64,000 nt of DNA from an uncultured delta proteobacterium. Its GTDB lineage: Bacteria > Desulfobacterota > RBG-13-43-22. The notes under the pieces were generated by a model that had not been told where the DNA came from, ran no database searches, and was given only the letters and a program-made list of their open reading frames with translations. Where the stretch lies: assembly GCA_963843145.1 (NCBI GenBank), contig CAWJJC010000012.1, forward strand, positions 192,622-256,621, given 5' to 3'. The position numbers and the translations under genes were made by a program. Positions 37,842 to 49,209 of this stretch are shown one piece after another (within the stretch, counting starts at the first letter, position 1; the number at the start of each line of letters is the position of its first letter).

Positions 37842-38819
37842 TTAGCGGAACTTAAACTCCCCCCGGCCCAAAAGGTCATGGAGATGCAGGATCCCCAACA
37901 CGCGCCGCCGATGGTCCACGATGGGCAGCGCGGTGATGAGATACGTTTCCATGAGTTCCAGGGCCTCGGAGGCCAGGGCTTCCGGGGAAAGGGTCTTCGG
38001 GTCTGCGGTCATGGCTTGGCCGGTCAGCGTTTCCAGAAGCGAAACCCGACGTTGGATCAAACGCCGCAGGTCCCCATCGGTCAATATCCCCCGCAGGATT
38101 TTTTCCTCGGTTTCCACCACCAGGGCGACGCCCAGGTCTTTACGGTCCATTTCCCGGATGGATTCCTCCAGCGGCTGGTCCGGAGAAACCAGGGGGATCC
38201 GATCTCCGGTCAGCATGACTTCCGCTACCCGGACGGTCAGGCGCTCCCCCAGCGTGCCGCCCGGGTGAAAGCGGCGGAAATCCTGATGATTGAACTGGCG
38301 TTGTTTGATCAGGGCCACGGCCAAGGCATCCCCCGCGGCCAAGGCCGCGGTGGTGCTGGCGGTAGGCACCATTCCCCAGGGGCAGGCCTCTTTTTCCACG
38401 CCCACATCAATGACGATATCGCTCTGCTTGGCCAGGGTGGATTCCGGGTTGCCGGTAAAGGCGATGCATTTAGCCCCGATCCGTCGAATGCTGGAGAGGA
38501 TGAGGGTCAACTCCCCGGTTTCGCCGCTGTTGGAAAGGGCTAGAACGATATCCTTGGGGGTGACCATACCCAAATCCCCGTGCATGGCTTCCACCGGGTG
38601 CAGGAAGAGGGCAGGGGTGCCGGTGCTGTTCAGCGTGGCTACGATCTTACGGGCCACGATCCCGGATTTGCCGATTCCGGTGAGTATGACCCGGCCCTGG
38701 GAGCCGTAAATAAGGTCAACCGCCTCTTCAAATTCATTTCCCAGCTTGGGGATTAGATTTAGAATCCCTTGGGCTTCTATTTCCAGGACCTCTTTGACCG
38801 TCGCCAGAATGCTCATCAA
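37842..38819 (-). CDS. kdsD: Arabinose-5-phosphate isomerase (KpsF/GutQ)
   Basis: GIGKSG, HGDLG, SNSGET, HPGG and a CBS pair. Confidence 0.93.
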   Translation of the reverse strand: MMSILATVKEVLEIEAQGILNLIPKLGNEFEEAVDLIYGSQGRVILTGIGKSGIVARKIVATLNSTGTPALFLHPVEAMHGDLGMVTPKDIVLALSNSGETGELTLILSSIRRIGAKCIAFTGNPESTLAKQSDIVIDVGVEKEACPWGMVPTASTTAALAAGDALAVALIKQRQFNHQDFRRFHPGGTLGERLTVRVAEVMLTGDRIPLVSPDQPLEESIREMDRKDLGVALVVETEEKILRGILTDGDLRRLIQRRVSLLETLTGQAMTADPKTLSPEALASEALELMETYLITALPIVDHRRRVLGILHLHDLLGRGEFKFR

Positions 38820-40225
38820 ACAATTCGTTCCAGGCAGAGTTTGGAAAAGGCCTGATCGGGGGGTATCGGGTAACGGCCGTCAAAGCAGGCCAGGCAAAAG
38901 CTGGCAGCCGGAAGGCCGGTGGCCGAGATCATCCCTTCCAGGCTCAGGTACCCCAGACCGTCCAGCTCCAGAAATTTTTGGATCTCCGGTACGGAATGCT
39001 GGCAGGCAATTAATTCCCCCTTGGTGGAAAAATCGATGCCGTAATAACAGGGGAAGCGATGGGGGGGGCAACTGACCAGCATGTGGATCTCGGTGGCCCC
39101 GGCGGATCGTATGGCCTGGACCCGGGTCCGGCTGGTGGTTCCTCGGATGATCGAGTCCTCGATGATCACCACCCGTTTCCCTTTCAAGACGGATTTGACC
39201 GGGTTGAGTTTGACCCGAACGCCGAAATCCCGCATGGTTTGGGAAGGCTGGATGAAGGTCCGGCCGATGTAGTGATTCCGGATGACTCCCATTTCAAAGG
39301 GGATGCCGGAAGCCTCGGCATAGCCGAGGGCCGCGTAATTGCCGGAGTCCGGGAAGGGCATGGACAGGTCCGCCTCCAATTGAAATTCCTGGGCCATCAT
39401 GCGGCCCAACCGTTTTCGAACCTGGTAGACATTCTGTCCGAAAATCAGGCTGTCCGGACGGGCGAAGTAAATGAATTCGAAGATACAAAAAGCCTTCCGC
39501 TCCTGGGGAAAGGGCTTGATGGAACGCAGGCCCTGGGCGTTGATGAAAACAATCTCGCCCGGTTCGATATCGCGGACATACTGGGCCTCCACCAGATCCA
39601 GGGCGCAGGTTTCGGAGGCCAGGACATAAGCACCGTTTAAGCGGCCCAAACACAAGGGTCGAAAGCCGAAGGGGTCCCGCACCCCGATCAGTTGATCCTG
39701 GGTCAGCATCACCATGGAATAGGCCCCCTGTACCTGAGACAGGGCTTTGGTCAGGGCCGACTCCAAGCCGTTTTCCAGCGCGTGGGCGATGAGATGAATG
39801 AATATTTCGCTGTCCATCGTGGATTGAAAGATGGCCCCCCGTTTTTCCAATTCCTGGCGCAGGGTGTGGGCATTGGTCAGGTTGCCGTTATGCGCGATGG
39901 CCAGGGCCAGCCCGCCGTGGGAGACCAGAAAGGGTTGGGCATTTTTCAACATGGAAGAACCGGTGGTGGAGTAGCGTACATGGCCGATGGCCATATTCCC
40001 CTGCAGTCGGGCCAACTGCTGTTCGTTAAAGACATCCGGCACCAGACCCATGCCCTTGTGTTCCCGGACCCAGGTGCCGTCGGAGATGACGATGCCGGCG
40101 CTCTCCTCCCCCCGGTGCTGCAGGGCGTACAGTCCGAAATAAGTCAACTTGGCGGCCTCCGGGTGTCCGAAGACCCCGAAAATGCCGCATTCCTCTTTGA
40201 TCTCGCGGTTGGAAAAAAGGGCCAT
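38816..40225 (-). CDS. purF: Amidophosphoribosyltransferase
   Basis: Propeptide then CGIFG, QHRG, DSIIRGTT; Fe-S cysteines. Confidence 0.97.
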   Translation of the reverse strand: MALFSNREIKEECGIFGVFGHPEAAKLTYFGLYALQHRGEESAGIVISDGTWVREHKGMGLVPDVFNEQQLARLQGNMAIGHVRYSTTGSSMLKNAQPFLVSHGGLALAIAHNGNLTNAHTLRQELEKRGAIFQSTMDSEIFIHLIAHALENGLESALTKALSQVQGAYSMVMLTQDQLIGVRDPFGFRPLCLGRLNGAYVLASETCALDLVEAQYVRDIEPGEIVFINAQGLRSIKPFPQERKAFCIFEFIYFARPDSLIFGQNVYQVRKRLGRMMAQEFQLEADLSMPFPDSGNYAALGYAEASGIPFEMGVIRNHYIGRTFIQPSQTMRDFGVRVKLNPVKSVLKGKRVVIIEDSIIRGTTSRTRVQAIRSAGATEIHMLVSCPPHRFPCYYGIDFSTKGELIACQHSVPEIQKFLELDGLGYLSLEGMISATGLPAASFCLACFDGRYPIPPDQAFSKLCLERIV

Positions 40226-43200
40226 TTACTTTATTCCTTGATGATATTCCTGGATGGTCCGCACGGTTATTTTTTTTCCCTGCAGGGCTTCAATGGCCTG
40301 GGCGGCGGCTTTGGCCCCGGCCACGGTAGTATAATAGGGCAGGTTATGCATCAGCGCGGTGCGGCGGATGGAATAGGATTCCGAAACGCTACGGGCGCCG
40401 ATGGTGGTATTGATGACCAAGTGAATGTCCCCGTTTTTGATATGGTCCACCACATGGGGCCGTCCCTCCCGGACCTTGTGCACCGTCTGGTTAGGCAGAC
40501 CGGCCTGCTGAAGAAAGTCGGAGGTGCCCCGGGTGGCCAGGATTTTAAAACCCAAATTATATAGTCTTTTGGCCGTGGAACAAATTAATTTTTTATCCCG
40601 ATCCCGAACGCTGATAAACACGCCGCCCTCCAGGGGTAGATTCTGCCCGGCCGCCAACTGGGATTTGGCGAAGGCCAAACCGAAGGTTTCGTCGATGCCC
40701 ATCACCTCACCGGTGGATTTCATCTCCGGACCCAGGAGGGTGTCCACCCCGGGAAAGCGCAGGAAGGGAAAGACGGCCTCTTTGACCGATACGTGGGTCG
40801 GGACAATCTCCCGGGTCAGTCCCTGGGCTTCCAGGCTGCGGCCCAACATGATCCGGGTGGCGACCTTGGCCCAGGGGATGCCGGTGGCCTTGCTGACAAA
40901 GGGGATGGTGCGGGAGGCCCGGGGATTCACCTCCAGGACGTAGAGGATTTCATCCTTAAAGGCGTACTGAATGTTCATCAGTCCGCAAACGTTTAATTCT
41001 TCGGCCAGGGCATAGGTGTTTTGCTGAATCCGGCGGATCTGTTCCGGGTTGAGGGTATAGGGGGGCAGGACGCAGGCGCTGTCGCCGGAATGGATCCCGG
41101 CTTCTTCAATGTGCTCCATAATCCCGCAGATCAGGGTGCGCCGGCCGTCCGAAATGGCATCCACATCGATTTCGATGGCCTCTTCCAGAAATTTGTCGAT
41201 CAGAATGGGGTGTCCGGGCGAGACCAGGACCGCCTTGGCCATGAAGGAGTCCAGGGCCTCGGGTCCATAAACGATCTCCATGGCCCGGCCGCCCAGGACA
41301 TAGGAGGGGCGGACCACCACCGGGTAACCGATCCGGGCGGCCACTTCCCGGGCCTCGGCCGTGGTCAGGGCCGTTCCGTTTTCCGGCTGGATCAGGTTTA
41401 ACTTTTGCAACAGGGCCTTGAACCGTTCCCGGTCTTCGGCCCGATCGATGCTGTCCGGCGAAGTCCCGATGATCGGGGCCCCGATTTTTTCCAGCCCTAC
41501 GGCCAGGTTCAGGGGGGTCTGGCCGCCGAACTGCACGATCAGCCCTTTCGGTTTTTCTCGGTCCAGGATGTGGCGGACATCCTCCAGGGTCAGCGGTTCA
41601 AAATAAAGCTTGTCCGAGATGTCGTAATCGGTGCTGACCGTCTCGGGATTGCTGTTGACCATGATGCTGGTCAGCCCTTCCTCCCGGGTGGTCAGCGAGG
41701 CGTGGACGCAGCAATAGTCGAATTCGATCCCCTGGCCGATCCGGTTGGGGCCGCCTCCCAGGATGATAATACTCTCCGCGGGGGAAGGACGGACTTCGTC
41801 TTCCTGCTCATAGGTGGAATAATAGTAAGGCGTATAGGCTTCAAATTCGGCGGCGCAGGTGTCCACCAGCTTGTAAACCGGAAGAATCCCGGCGGAGGTC
41901 CGGCGCCGGAAGACGTCCTCCGGGGAGGCCTGAAGCAGTCGGCTCAACTGGATGTCCGAGAAGCCGTATTCCTTGGCCTGGCGAAGCCGTTCAGCGGAGA
42001 GTTCCTCCAGTCGCTGCCCGGCCAGGGATTTTTCCAAATCCAAAATCTGAATCAGGTTTTCGATGAACCAGGGATCGATCCAGGACAGGTCATGAATCTC
42101 CCGGACCGTTAGTCCGGCCTGCAAAGCGGCCCGCAGATAAAAGAGACGCTGAGAATTCGGCTGGCGAAGTTTTTTCTGGATTTCTTCCAGGGGCACGTTC
42201 TCGAGGTCTTTGCCGTCGGCCCCGAATCCGTACCGCCCGATCTCCAGGGAGCGGATGCCTTTCTGCAGGGCCTCCTTGAAGGTCCGGCCGATGGCCATGG
42301 CCTCACCCACGGACTTCATGGAAGTAGTCAGCAAGTCCTCCGTACCCGGAAACTTTTCAAAGGTCCAGCGGGGAATCTTGACCACGCAATAATCGATGGT
42401 GGGCTCAAAGGAGGCCATGGTCTCCCGGGTGATGTCGTTGGGGATCTCGTCCAGCGAATAGCCCACGGCCAGTTTGGCCGCGATTTTGGCGATGGGGAAG
42501 CCCGTGGCCTTGGAGGCCAGGGCCGAGGAACGGGAAACCCGGGGATTCATTTCAATGACCACCATCTCTCCGGTCTGGGGGTGGACGGCGAACTGGATGT
42601 TGGAGCCCCCGGTTTCCACCCCGATCTCCCGGATAATGGCCAGGGAGGCATCGCGCATGGCCTGGTACTCCCGATCGGTCAGGGTCTGGGCCGGGGCCAC
42701 GGTGATGGAATCGCCGGTATGAACCCCCATGGGATCGAAGTTCTCAATGGAACAGATAATGACCACGTTGTCCTTATAGTCCCGCATGACTTCCAGTTCG
42801 TATTCCTTCCAGCCCAGGGCCGACTCTTCCAGCATGACCTGGTGGATCATACTGGCATCCAGGCCGGAAGTGACCAGGATCTCCATTTCTTCCCGGTTAT
42901 AGGCTATGCCGCCCCCGGTCCCGCCCAAGGTGAAACTGGGCCGGATAATGACCGGATAGCCGAGTTTTTCGGTCAGCACGCGGGCCTCTTCCAGGGTGGT
43001 GGCAATGCCGCTTTCCGGGACCCGGAGGCCGATTTTCCACATGGCCCGACGAAATTCATCCCGGTCCTCGGCCTTCTTGATCACCGGCAGCGAAGCCCCG
43101 ATCAATTCCACCTGGTAGCGCTCCAGGGCGCCGCTCTCGGCCACGGCCACGGCGGTATTGAGGCCGGTCTGGCCGCCCAGGGTGGGCAGCAGGGCCTGGG

Positions 43201-43447
43201 GCCTTTCCCGTTCAATGATCCGGATGACCATCTCCGGGGTAATGGGCTCGATATAGGTGCGCTGGGCCATTTCCGGATCGGTCATGATGGTGGCCGGGTT
43301 GCTGTTGATCAGTACGACCTCAAAGCCTTCTTCCCGCAAGGCCTTGCAGGCCTGGGTCCCGGAATAGTCGAATTCGCAGGCCTGGCTGATGATGATCGGT
43401 CCGGAACCGATAAGCAAAATTTTCTTTATATCCTGACGTTTGGGCAT
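40226..43447 (-). CDS. carB: Carbamoyl-phosphate synthase large chain
   Basis: [16 protein letters not shown], duplicated ATP-grasp domains, MGS domain. Confidence 0.98.
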   Translation of the reverse strand: MPKRQDIKKILLIGSGPIIISQACEFDYSGTQACKALREEGFEVVLINSNPATIMTDPEMAQRTYIEPITPEMVIRIIERERPQALLPTLGGQTGLNTAVAVAESGALERYQVELIGASLPVIKKAEDRDEFRRAMWKIGLRVPESGIATTLEEARVLTEKLGYPVIIRPSFTLGGTGGGIAYNREEMEILVTSGLDASMIHQVMLEESALGWKEYELEVMRDYKDNVVIICSIENFDPMGVHTGDSITVAPAQTLTDREYQAMRDASLAIIREIGVETGGSNIQFAVHPQTGEMVVIEMNPRVSRSSALASKATGFPIAKIAAKLAVGYSLDEIPNDITRETMASFEPTIDYCVVKIPRWTFEKFPGTEDLLTTSMKSVGEAMAIGRTFKEALQKGIRSLEIGRYGFGADGKDLENVPLEEIQKKLRQPNSQRLFYLRAALQAGLTVREIHDLSWIDPWFIENLIQILDLEKSLAGQRLEELSAERLRQAKEYGFSDIQLSRLLQASPEDVFRRRTSAGILPVYKLVDTCAAEFEAYTPYYYSTYEQEDEVRPSPAESIIILGGGPNRIGQGIEFDYCCVHASLTTREEGLTSIMVNSNPETVSTDYDISDKLYFEPLTLEDVRHILDREKPKGLIVQFGGQTPLNLAVGLEKIGAPIIGTSPDSIDRAEDRERFKALLQKLNLIQPENGTALTTAEAREVAARIGYPVVVRPSYVLGGRAMEIVYGPEALDSFMAKAVLVSPGHPILIDKFLEEAIEIDVDAISDGRRTLICGIMEHIEEAGIHSGDSACVLPPYTLNPEQIRRIQQNTYALAEELNVCGLMNIQYAFKDEILYVLEVNPRASRTIPFVSKATGIPWAKVATRIMLGRSLEAQGLTREIVPTHVSVKEAVFPFLRFPGVDTLLGPEMKSTGEVMGIDETFGLAFAKSQLAAGQNLPLEGGVFISVRDRDKKLICSTAKRLYNLGFKILATRGTSDFLQQAGLPNQTVHKVREGRPHVVDHIKNGDIHLVINTTIGARSVSESYSIRRTALMHNLPYYTTVAGAKAAAQAIEALQGKKITVRTIQEYHQGIK

Positions 43448-43507
43448 AATTTTCTAGGTGTCTGCGAAGTGAATTCTAAAATTCTGTTTCGGATTTAGCT
43501 TAAAAAA

Positions 43508-44653
43508 TCAAATAGTTTTTTTTAGGTTATTCCCCATAAGGGTCAAAAAATGATCGAACAGATAGGAGGCGTCATGGGGGCCGGGGGAAGCCTCGGGATG
43601 GTACTGAACCGAAAAGAGGGGCAACTCCCGGTGCCGCAGTCCTTCCAACGTCCGGTCATTCAAGTTGATGTGGGTCAGCTCCACTTCCTGGTTTTTCAAA
43701 GACTCCAATTCCACCGAAAAGCCGTGATTCTGGGAGGTGATCTCCACCCGGCCGGTGGGCAGGTGAAGTACCGGCTGGTTGGCGCCCCGATGGCCGAATT
43801 TCAGCTTGAAGGTGGTCCCCCCCAGGGCCAGGCCGATGATCTGATGGCCCAGACAGATACCAAAAATCGGCAGGAGGCCGATCAGCTCGCGGACAATGGC
43901 CACGATCCCGGGGTTGGCCGCCGGATCGCCCGGCCCGTTGGAGAGCAGGACCCCGTCCGGCTTCAGGGCCAGGACCTCTTCCACGGGGGTCAAGGCCGGC
44001 ACCACCAGCACCTGGCAGTCCCGCTGTTCCAGATTTCGGAGGATATTATATTTAACCCCATAATCGAAAACCACGACTTTAAAACCCGATCCGTCGGGGT
44101 TCCAGGGAGATTCCCGCTTCTCCGTCGACCAGGGGTGAACCCGGGCTTGGTGCCAGCGGTAGGGTCGTGCGGTGGTGACCGTATCCACTAAATTATTTCC
44201 CGCCATAGGGGAAATGGCCCGGGCCCGAGCGGTTAAGGTTTCAGGGTCCAGGTTTTCGGTGGAGGCCGCGGAGCGCATGGCCCCGAAATTCCGGAGGTGT
44301 CGGGTCAGCGCCCGGGTGTCAAGGCCTTCCAGGCCTAAGACGCCGGATTGTTTCAAATAGTCCCCCAGGCTCCCTTGGGAGCGGTAATTGCTGGGGAAGG
44401 GCAGATACTCTTTCACCAAAAAGGCCTCGGCCTGGACGGCGGCCGATTCGACGTCTTCCGCGTTGACCCCGTAATTGCCGATCAGGGGATAGGTCATGGT
44501 AATCAATTGGCCGCGGTAGGAGGGATCCGTCAGGATTTCCTGATAGCCGGTCATGGCTGTATTGAACACGCACTCCCCCAGGGCCTCACCGGGGCCGGTA
44601 AAGGATCGGGCTCGAAAAATCGTTCCGTCTTCCAAGGCTAAAAGGGCTCTCAT
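43508..44653 (-). CDS. carA: Carbamoyl-phosphate synthase small chain
   Basis: LALEDG, SNGPGDP, GICLGHQ, QYHPE. Confidence 0.97.
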   Translation of the reverse strand: MRALLALEDGTIFRARSFTGPGEALGECVFNTAMTGYQEILTDPSYRGQLITMTYPLIGNYGVNAEDVESAAVQAEAFLVKEYLPFPSNYRSQGSLGDYLKQSGVLGLEGLDTRALTRHLRNFGAMRSAASTENLDPETLTARARAISPMAGNNLVDTVTTARPYRWHQARVHPWSTEKRESPWNPDGSGFKVVVFDYGVKYNILRNLEQRDCQVLVVPALTPVEEVLALKPDGVLLSNGPGDPAANPGIVAIVRELIGLLPIFGICLGHQIIGLALGGTTFKLKFGHRGANQPVLHLPTGRVEITSQNHGFSVELESLKNQEVELTHINLNDRTLEGLRHRELPLFSVQYHPEASPGPHDASYLFDHFLTLMGNNLKKTI

Positions 44654-44654
44654 C

Positions 44655-45965
44655 TTAATTCTTTCCAACGAAGTTCACAATGACCTCAGCCACTTTTTGA
44701 GTCACCCCCTGCCGGGAGCGCAGGGCCTGTTGGCCCGCCTGGCCCCTGCGGGTGGATTCCTCGGGCTGATCTATAAAAAAATTGATCCAGCGGACCAGTG
44801 CTTCCAGATCGGGAACGGTGGTCCCGGCGCCGACCCCTTCCAACAACAGACGGGCGTCTTCAAAGTCGTCCATAAAAGGTCCGAAAAGGACCGGCTTCCC
44901 CCAGGCCGCCGCTTCCAGGATGTTCTGTCCGCCTTTGGGGACCAGACTGCCTCCGCAAAAAACGAAGCTAGCCAGGCTGTAGAGGTCAAAGAGGACCCCC
45001 ATTCGGTCTACCAGGATAAGGTCGGCGGTCCGGGGGCACCCCGGACCGCCGACCTGGCTGTAAAGCTGGTAAGCCAGCCCCCGGTGGTTCAGCGTTTCTA
45101 CCAACCCGCGGATATTTTCCAGATGACGGGGGACCAGGATCAGGATCAAATCGCCCTGCCGGCTCTTTAAACGTTCAAAGGCCGTGAGCAGAATGTCTTC
45201 TTCACCGCCGCGGACACTGCCGGCTACCCAGACCGGAACCCCTTCCCGGAGCTGGAGTTGTTTTCTTAAGCGGATCTCGATTTCTGGATGCGCATTTTCC
45301 GGGAGTCCGTCGAACTTCATATTTCCAAAAACCCGGACCTTTTCGGCAGGGGCCCCTAAGGATATGATGGCCTGGGCATCTTTTTCCTGTATCATAATCA
45401 ATTGGGAGAAATTTTCAAGCAAAGGTTTAAAAAGTCCCTGGATTTTCAAGTATCTTTTTAAAGAACGTTTGGAAATTCGGCCATTTACCAGAAACAGCGG
45501 AACACCCGAAATTCGGGCCCGATTTAGAAAATTAGGCCAAAGTTCGGTTTCCAGGGCCACAAACAGGCGAGGCCGGAAAAAAGCGAAAGCCCTTTTAACC
45601 GCTCCATAAAAATCCAAAGGATAATAGATCAGGCCGAATTCGTCCGGCAAAAGGCGTTCCGCCAGGGCACGCCCGGTGGGGGTGGTGGTGGAAAGCAGTA
45701 AGGGCACTTGGGGAAGCTGCTTCCCGACCAATCGGGCCAAGGATACCGCCAGTTTGACTTCCCCCATCGAGACGGCATGAAACCAGATGGGTCTTCCCGG
45801 TCGGGCTTCAAAAAAGGATTTAATCTCCCGGGGATAAAAACCGAGCCGTTCGCCGAGCCGCTCGGCAGAGGAGCCTTTCCCCAGGCGATAGAGGAGAAAA
45901 AAGGGGATGCCGGCAGCAAAGGCCAAGGAGGTCAGGACCCGGTAGACACCTAGAGGCCAGGACAT
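44655..45965 (-). CDS. waaA: Kdo transferase
   Basis: WFHAVSMGE, ETELWPN, VPRH, GGQNILE. Confidence 0.95.
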   Translation of the reverse strand: MSWPLGVYRVLTSLAFAAGIPFFLLYRLGKGSSAERLGERLGFYPREIKSFFEARPGRPIWFHAVSMGEVKLAVSLARLVGKQLPQVPLLLSTTTPTGRALAERLLPDEFGLIYYPLDFYGAVKRAFAFFRPRLFVALETELWPNFLNRARISGVPLFLVNGRISKRSLKRYLKIQGLFKPLLENFSQLIMIQEKDAQAIISLGAPAEKVRVFGNMKFDGLPENAHPEIEIRLRKQLQLREGVPVWVAGSVRGGEEDILLTAFERLKSRQGDLILILVPRHLENIRGLVETLNHRGLAYQLYSQVGGPGCPRTADLILVDRMGVLFDLYSLASFVFCGGSLVPKGGQNILEAAAWGKPVLFGPFMDDFEDARLLLEGVGAGTTVPDLEALVRWINFFIDQPEESTRRGQAGQQALRSRQGVTQKVAEVIVNFVGKN

Positions 45966-45966
45966 C

Positions 45967-47517
45967 TCATCGCTTTCGCTGGACCGAGGGAAACAGGGCG
46001 GGGTCCGTATGGGGGATAAAGCGGGCGGCGCTGAAGCGGTTCATAAAATCCTGGTTAACGTTCATTTCCAGGTAGGTGATGGTCCGGGCAATGGTTTTCA
46101 TCTCTTCCAAGTGGCGGCGGTCCAGGAGCAATTCGGCCGCCCCTTTCAGCGAGGCATTGCCCAGGGGAACAAAACGCTCCCGGGGCAGATCCGGCAAGAG
46201 TCCGATGGTGATGGCCCGTTCCGGATCGATATGATTGCCAAAGGCCCCGGCGACATAAAACCGTTCGATATCGGATAGGCTGAAACCCACCGACTGGACC
46301 AAGGTGGTCAGGATGGTATACATGGCGGCCTTGGACCTTAAAAGGATATCCAAATCCACCTGGGAGAAAACCAGGGGCCGTCCGTTCAGGGTTTCTTCGG
46401 GGGGTACCAGCAGGAAGGCCGGCCGGTCCTCCACTGAGGTCCAGCGGATGGAGTGGATTTTTAGATTGAACTTCCCCTGGATATCGATCAAATCGGCTAA
46501 AAACATCTCCGCCACCAAGTCAATCAATCCCGAACCGCAGATCCCGGCAGGAGGACCGTCACCGATCAGTTTAAAGGTCAACTCTTTGGTTTTCGGATCG
46601 ATGCGGACCTGTTCGATGGCCCCGTTTCCGGCGGCCATCCCCATGCGGGCCACCCCGCCTTCCAGGGCCGGTCCGGCCGCCCCGGCGCAGCCCACCAGCC
46701 ACTGGGAGTTTCCCAAAACGACCTCGGCATTGGTCCCCACGTCCACCAGCAGGGACAGGGCTTCCTGATCCCGAAGCCTCGAAAAACCGATACCGGAAAT
46801 GAGGTCCCCGCCCAGGTAACTGCCCACGTTAGGGAAAATCACCACCGTTCCCAGAGGATGCAGGTTCAAACCCAGTTCCCGAGCAGAAAGCGGGTCCAGG
46901 CTGTTGATCAGCGGGATGTAGGGCTCCCGGCGGATGGTGGCAGGGTCCAACCCCAGAAACAGATGGACCATGGTGGTATTGCCGGCTAAAGTCAGGGCAT
47001 AAATATCGCGGGGAGACAGGGAATACTCCTCGGACAGGAAAGCCATGGCCTGGTTGATTTCCTCGACCACGCAGTCCCGGAGTTTCCTTAATCCTTCCGG
47101 GGTTTCCGCCACCTGGATCCGGGTCAGGATATCCGCTCCAAAACGGACCTGCGGGTTCTGACGGTCGATTTCTCCCATCAGCCTACCCTGCTGAAGGTCC
47201 CAAAGCTGACAGGCTATCCGGGTAGTGCCCAGATCCACCGCCAGTCCGAAAAGTTTGGCCCCCGTATCCCCCGGTTCCACCTCGATCAACTGAGGCGCTA
47301 CCGCCGCCAGGGAGACGGTGGCGGTAACCCGGTAATCGGCCTTTCTCAGGATGGAAACCCAGCGGGGGATCTCGGCGAAAGGAATGGTCAAATGCTCCCA
47401 CCCGCCGGTGGCTTTTAATTGCCTTTTTAGGCGGTCGATCTCGGCCGTATTATCGCGGAGGCTGGGGGGAGGAAGATGGAGCAGGAATTTTTTAACTAGG
47501 GGAGTGGGTTCGATCAT
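45967..47517 (-). CDS. ASKHA-domain protein, RACo/DUF4445 corrinoid reductive activator family
   Basis: AVDLGTT, NPQ..FGADILTRI, DVGTNAE, AGPALEG, GICGSG; ATG 47517. Confidence 0.88.
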   Translation of the reverse strand: MIEPTPLVKKFLLHLPPPSLRDNTAEIDRLKRQLKATGGWEHLTIPFAEIPRWVSILRKADYRVTATVSLAAVAPQLIEVEPGDTGAKLFGLAVDLGTTRIACQLWDLQQGRLMGEIDRQNPQVRFGADILTRIQVAETPEGLRKLRDCVVEEINQAMAFLSEEYSLSPRDIYALTLAGNTTMVHLFLGLDPATIRREPYIPLINSLDPLSARELGLNLHPLGTVVIFPNVGSYLGGDLISGIGFSRLRDQEALSLLVDVGTNAEVVLGNSQWLVGCAGAAGPALEGGVARMGMAAGNGAIEQVRIDPKTKELTFKLIGDGPPAGICGSGLIDLVAEMFLADLIDIQGKFNLKIHSIRWTSVEDRPAFLLVPPEETLNGRPLVFSQVDLDILLRSKAAMYTILTTLVQSVGFSLSDIERFYVAGAFGNHIDPERAITIGLLPDLPRERFVPLGNASLKGAAELLLDRRHLEEMKTIARTITYLEMNVNQDFMNRFSAARFIPHTDPALFPSVQRKR

Positions 47518-47528
47518 AGGCCATCCTG

Positions 47529-48470
47529 TCAACCGACAATCCAGACCGCCTTCTTCCCGGCCAACTGAATAACCTTGGCGGAGACGCTGCCCATGAAAAA
47601 TTCCTGGGCCTTGGAGATCCCGCGGCGACCCAAAACGATGGTCCCGTAACTCTCTTTCTCCGCCTCGGAGAGGATAGCCTTGGAGATGTCGGAGCAACGC
47701 CAGCAAATCTTTTTTTTGATTCCCTTGGACGGGAGCCCGGCTCCTAAGAGAAGATTCCCAGCCCGCTCCAAAAAAGATTCCATTTGGTTATGATGCTTTC
47801 CCTGGGCCGAGCCTTTCAAGGAGGAGAGGTTGGGGATCACCCGGGGCCCCGCCAGCGTCACCAGGCCGGGCCATATATTCAGCAATAGCACCTGGATCTG
47901 ATCACTCTGGCAGGACTCCACGATGAAAGAGACATGGTCCACGGCCCGGAGGGCGTTCTCCGAACCGTCCAGGGCCACCAGGATTTTATGGGCCTCTACC
48001 TTTCCGCCGACCAGCCAGACCGGGATATCCCCGGCGCCCTGGAGTACCTTGCCGGAGACACTCCCCAGAAAAAACTCCTCTACCTTGCTCAGCCCCCTTC
48101 GGCCCACGACCACCGCATCGTAAAGGCCGTTGCGGGCCTCGAAGAGAATGTCCCGGGCCAGTCCCACCCGCTTTTCCTGAGCCTTGATCTGGACCTGCGG
48201 CTCCTCCCAACCCCAACGGAGTAATTTATCTTTCGATTTTTTTAAAATCTGCTCTATGGCCGCCAAATGTTTTTCTTTCCATTGGAGCAGGTACTTCTGG
48301 GCGATAGGGTCTTTATAGAAAGCCTCTTTATATACAGGCGGCACCGGGGGGAGGACATGAAACAAGACCAATTGGAGATTGGGGCATTGGCGACCCAGTG
48401 AATGGACATAATCCAGGGCCGCTAAGGAATTTCGGGATCCGTCGATGGCGACCAGAATTTTCTTGTTCAT
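47529..48470 (-). CDS. Universal stress protein (two USP domains)
   Basis: KILVAIDGS and GRRG..GSVS motifs, each twice; ATG 48470. Confidence 0.92.
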   Translation of the reverse strand: MNKKILVAIDGSRNSLAALDYVHSLGRQCPNLQLVLFHVLPPVPPVYKEAFYKDPIAQKYLLQWKEKHLAAIEQILKKSKDKLLRWGWEEPQVQIKAQEKRVGLARDILFEARNGLYDAVVVGRRGLSKVEEFFLGSVSGKVLQGAGDIPVWLVGGKVEAHKILVALDGSENALRAVDHVSFIVESCQSDQIQVLLLNIWPGLVTLAGPRVIPNLSSLKGSAQGKHHNQMESFLERAGNLLLGAGLPSKGIKKKICWRCSDISKAILSEAEKESYGTIVLGRRGISKAQEFFMGSVSAKVIQLAGKKAVWIVG

Positions 48471-48673
48471 CAGGGACACCTTTCCCGTTGGCGATTGAAA
48501 CAGCAAAGGGCGCCCCTTCGATCCCGTTTCCAACGGGAGGGTCGGGGGCGGCGCTTGGGAGGCTGAGGCCCAAAATGTAGCCAATTAAGAAAAAGATGGC
48601 AATATAAAAAAACGCACCGCCAGGGCGCGGTTTTTTAAGGCTTGACCGGGGAAGGGCGTTCTACTGTTGTTTT

Positions 48674-49129
48674 TTAGACATACCTGGGGCGGGTTTTGGT
48701 TTTTTCATAGTATTGTTCCAGGCCCGTTTCCTTGATTTTTTCATTGATCAATACCCATATTTTATTCAGACGTTCGTCGAAGTTGGTTTTGTTACAAGGG
48801 AACTCGTCACACTGGTAGCAAAAATCAATCTGTTTCTCCTGGTGGCAGGGACGGACCCCGCAGTTTTTAAACAGCTTGCATTGCTCGTTCCGGCAGCCGT
48901 GGCAGTTTTCCGAAGCCAGGTAATCCAGCATTTCCTTGAAATCAGGATATTTTTTAAAAATCGGAATACCCAGCAGGGTTTCAAACCGTTGGGCGTAAGG
49001 TTCGAAATTCCCCAGTTTTTCTTTAAGCTTCAAACTGTACCGGCGGATATCCCCATCCACATGAGCGAAACAGGTTTCGCAGCACAGGCCGCAGGGGGAA
49101 ACGGACGCCTTGATTTGTTCATAATCCAT
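48674..49129 (-). CDS. DUF3795-like Cys-rich protein
   Basis: PCGLCCETC, CHGCR, FCYQCDEFPC. Confidence 0.8.
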   Translation of the reverse strand: MDYEQIKASVSPCGLCCETCFAHVDGDIRRYSLKLKEKLGNFEPYAQRFETLLGIPIFKKYPDFKEMLDYLASENCHGCRNEQCKLFKNCGVRPCHQEKQIDFCYQCDEFPCNKTNFDERLNKIWVLINEKIKETGLEQYYEKTKTRPRYV

Positions 49130-49151
49130 AACCCGGTCTCCTTTCGATATT

Positions 49152-49209
49152 TAGATTTTTACGTCCATTGTTCTGAGAATTTGTTTCTAACAATGGACAT
49201 AAAAATCTA
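49152..49209. repeat. 58-bp palindromic element, copy 3
   Basis: TAGATTTTTACGTCCATTGTT-CTGAGAATTTGTTTCT-AACAATGGACATAAAAATCTA. Confidence 0.9.
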
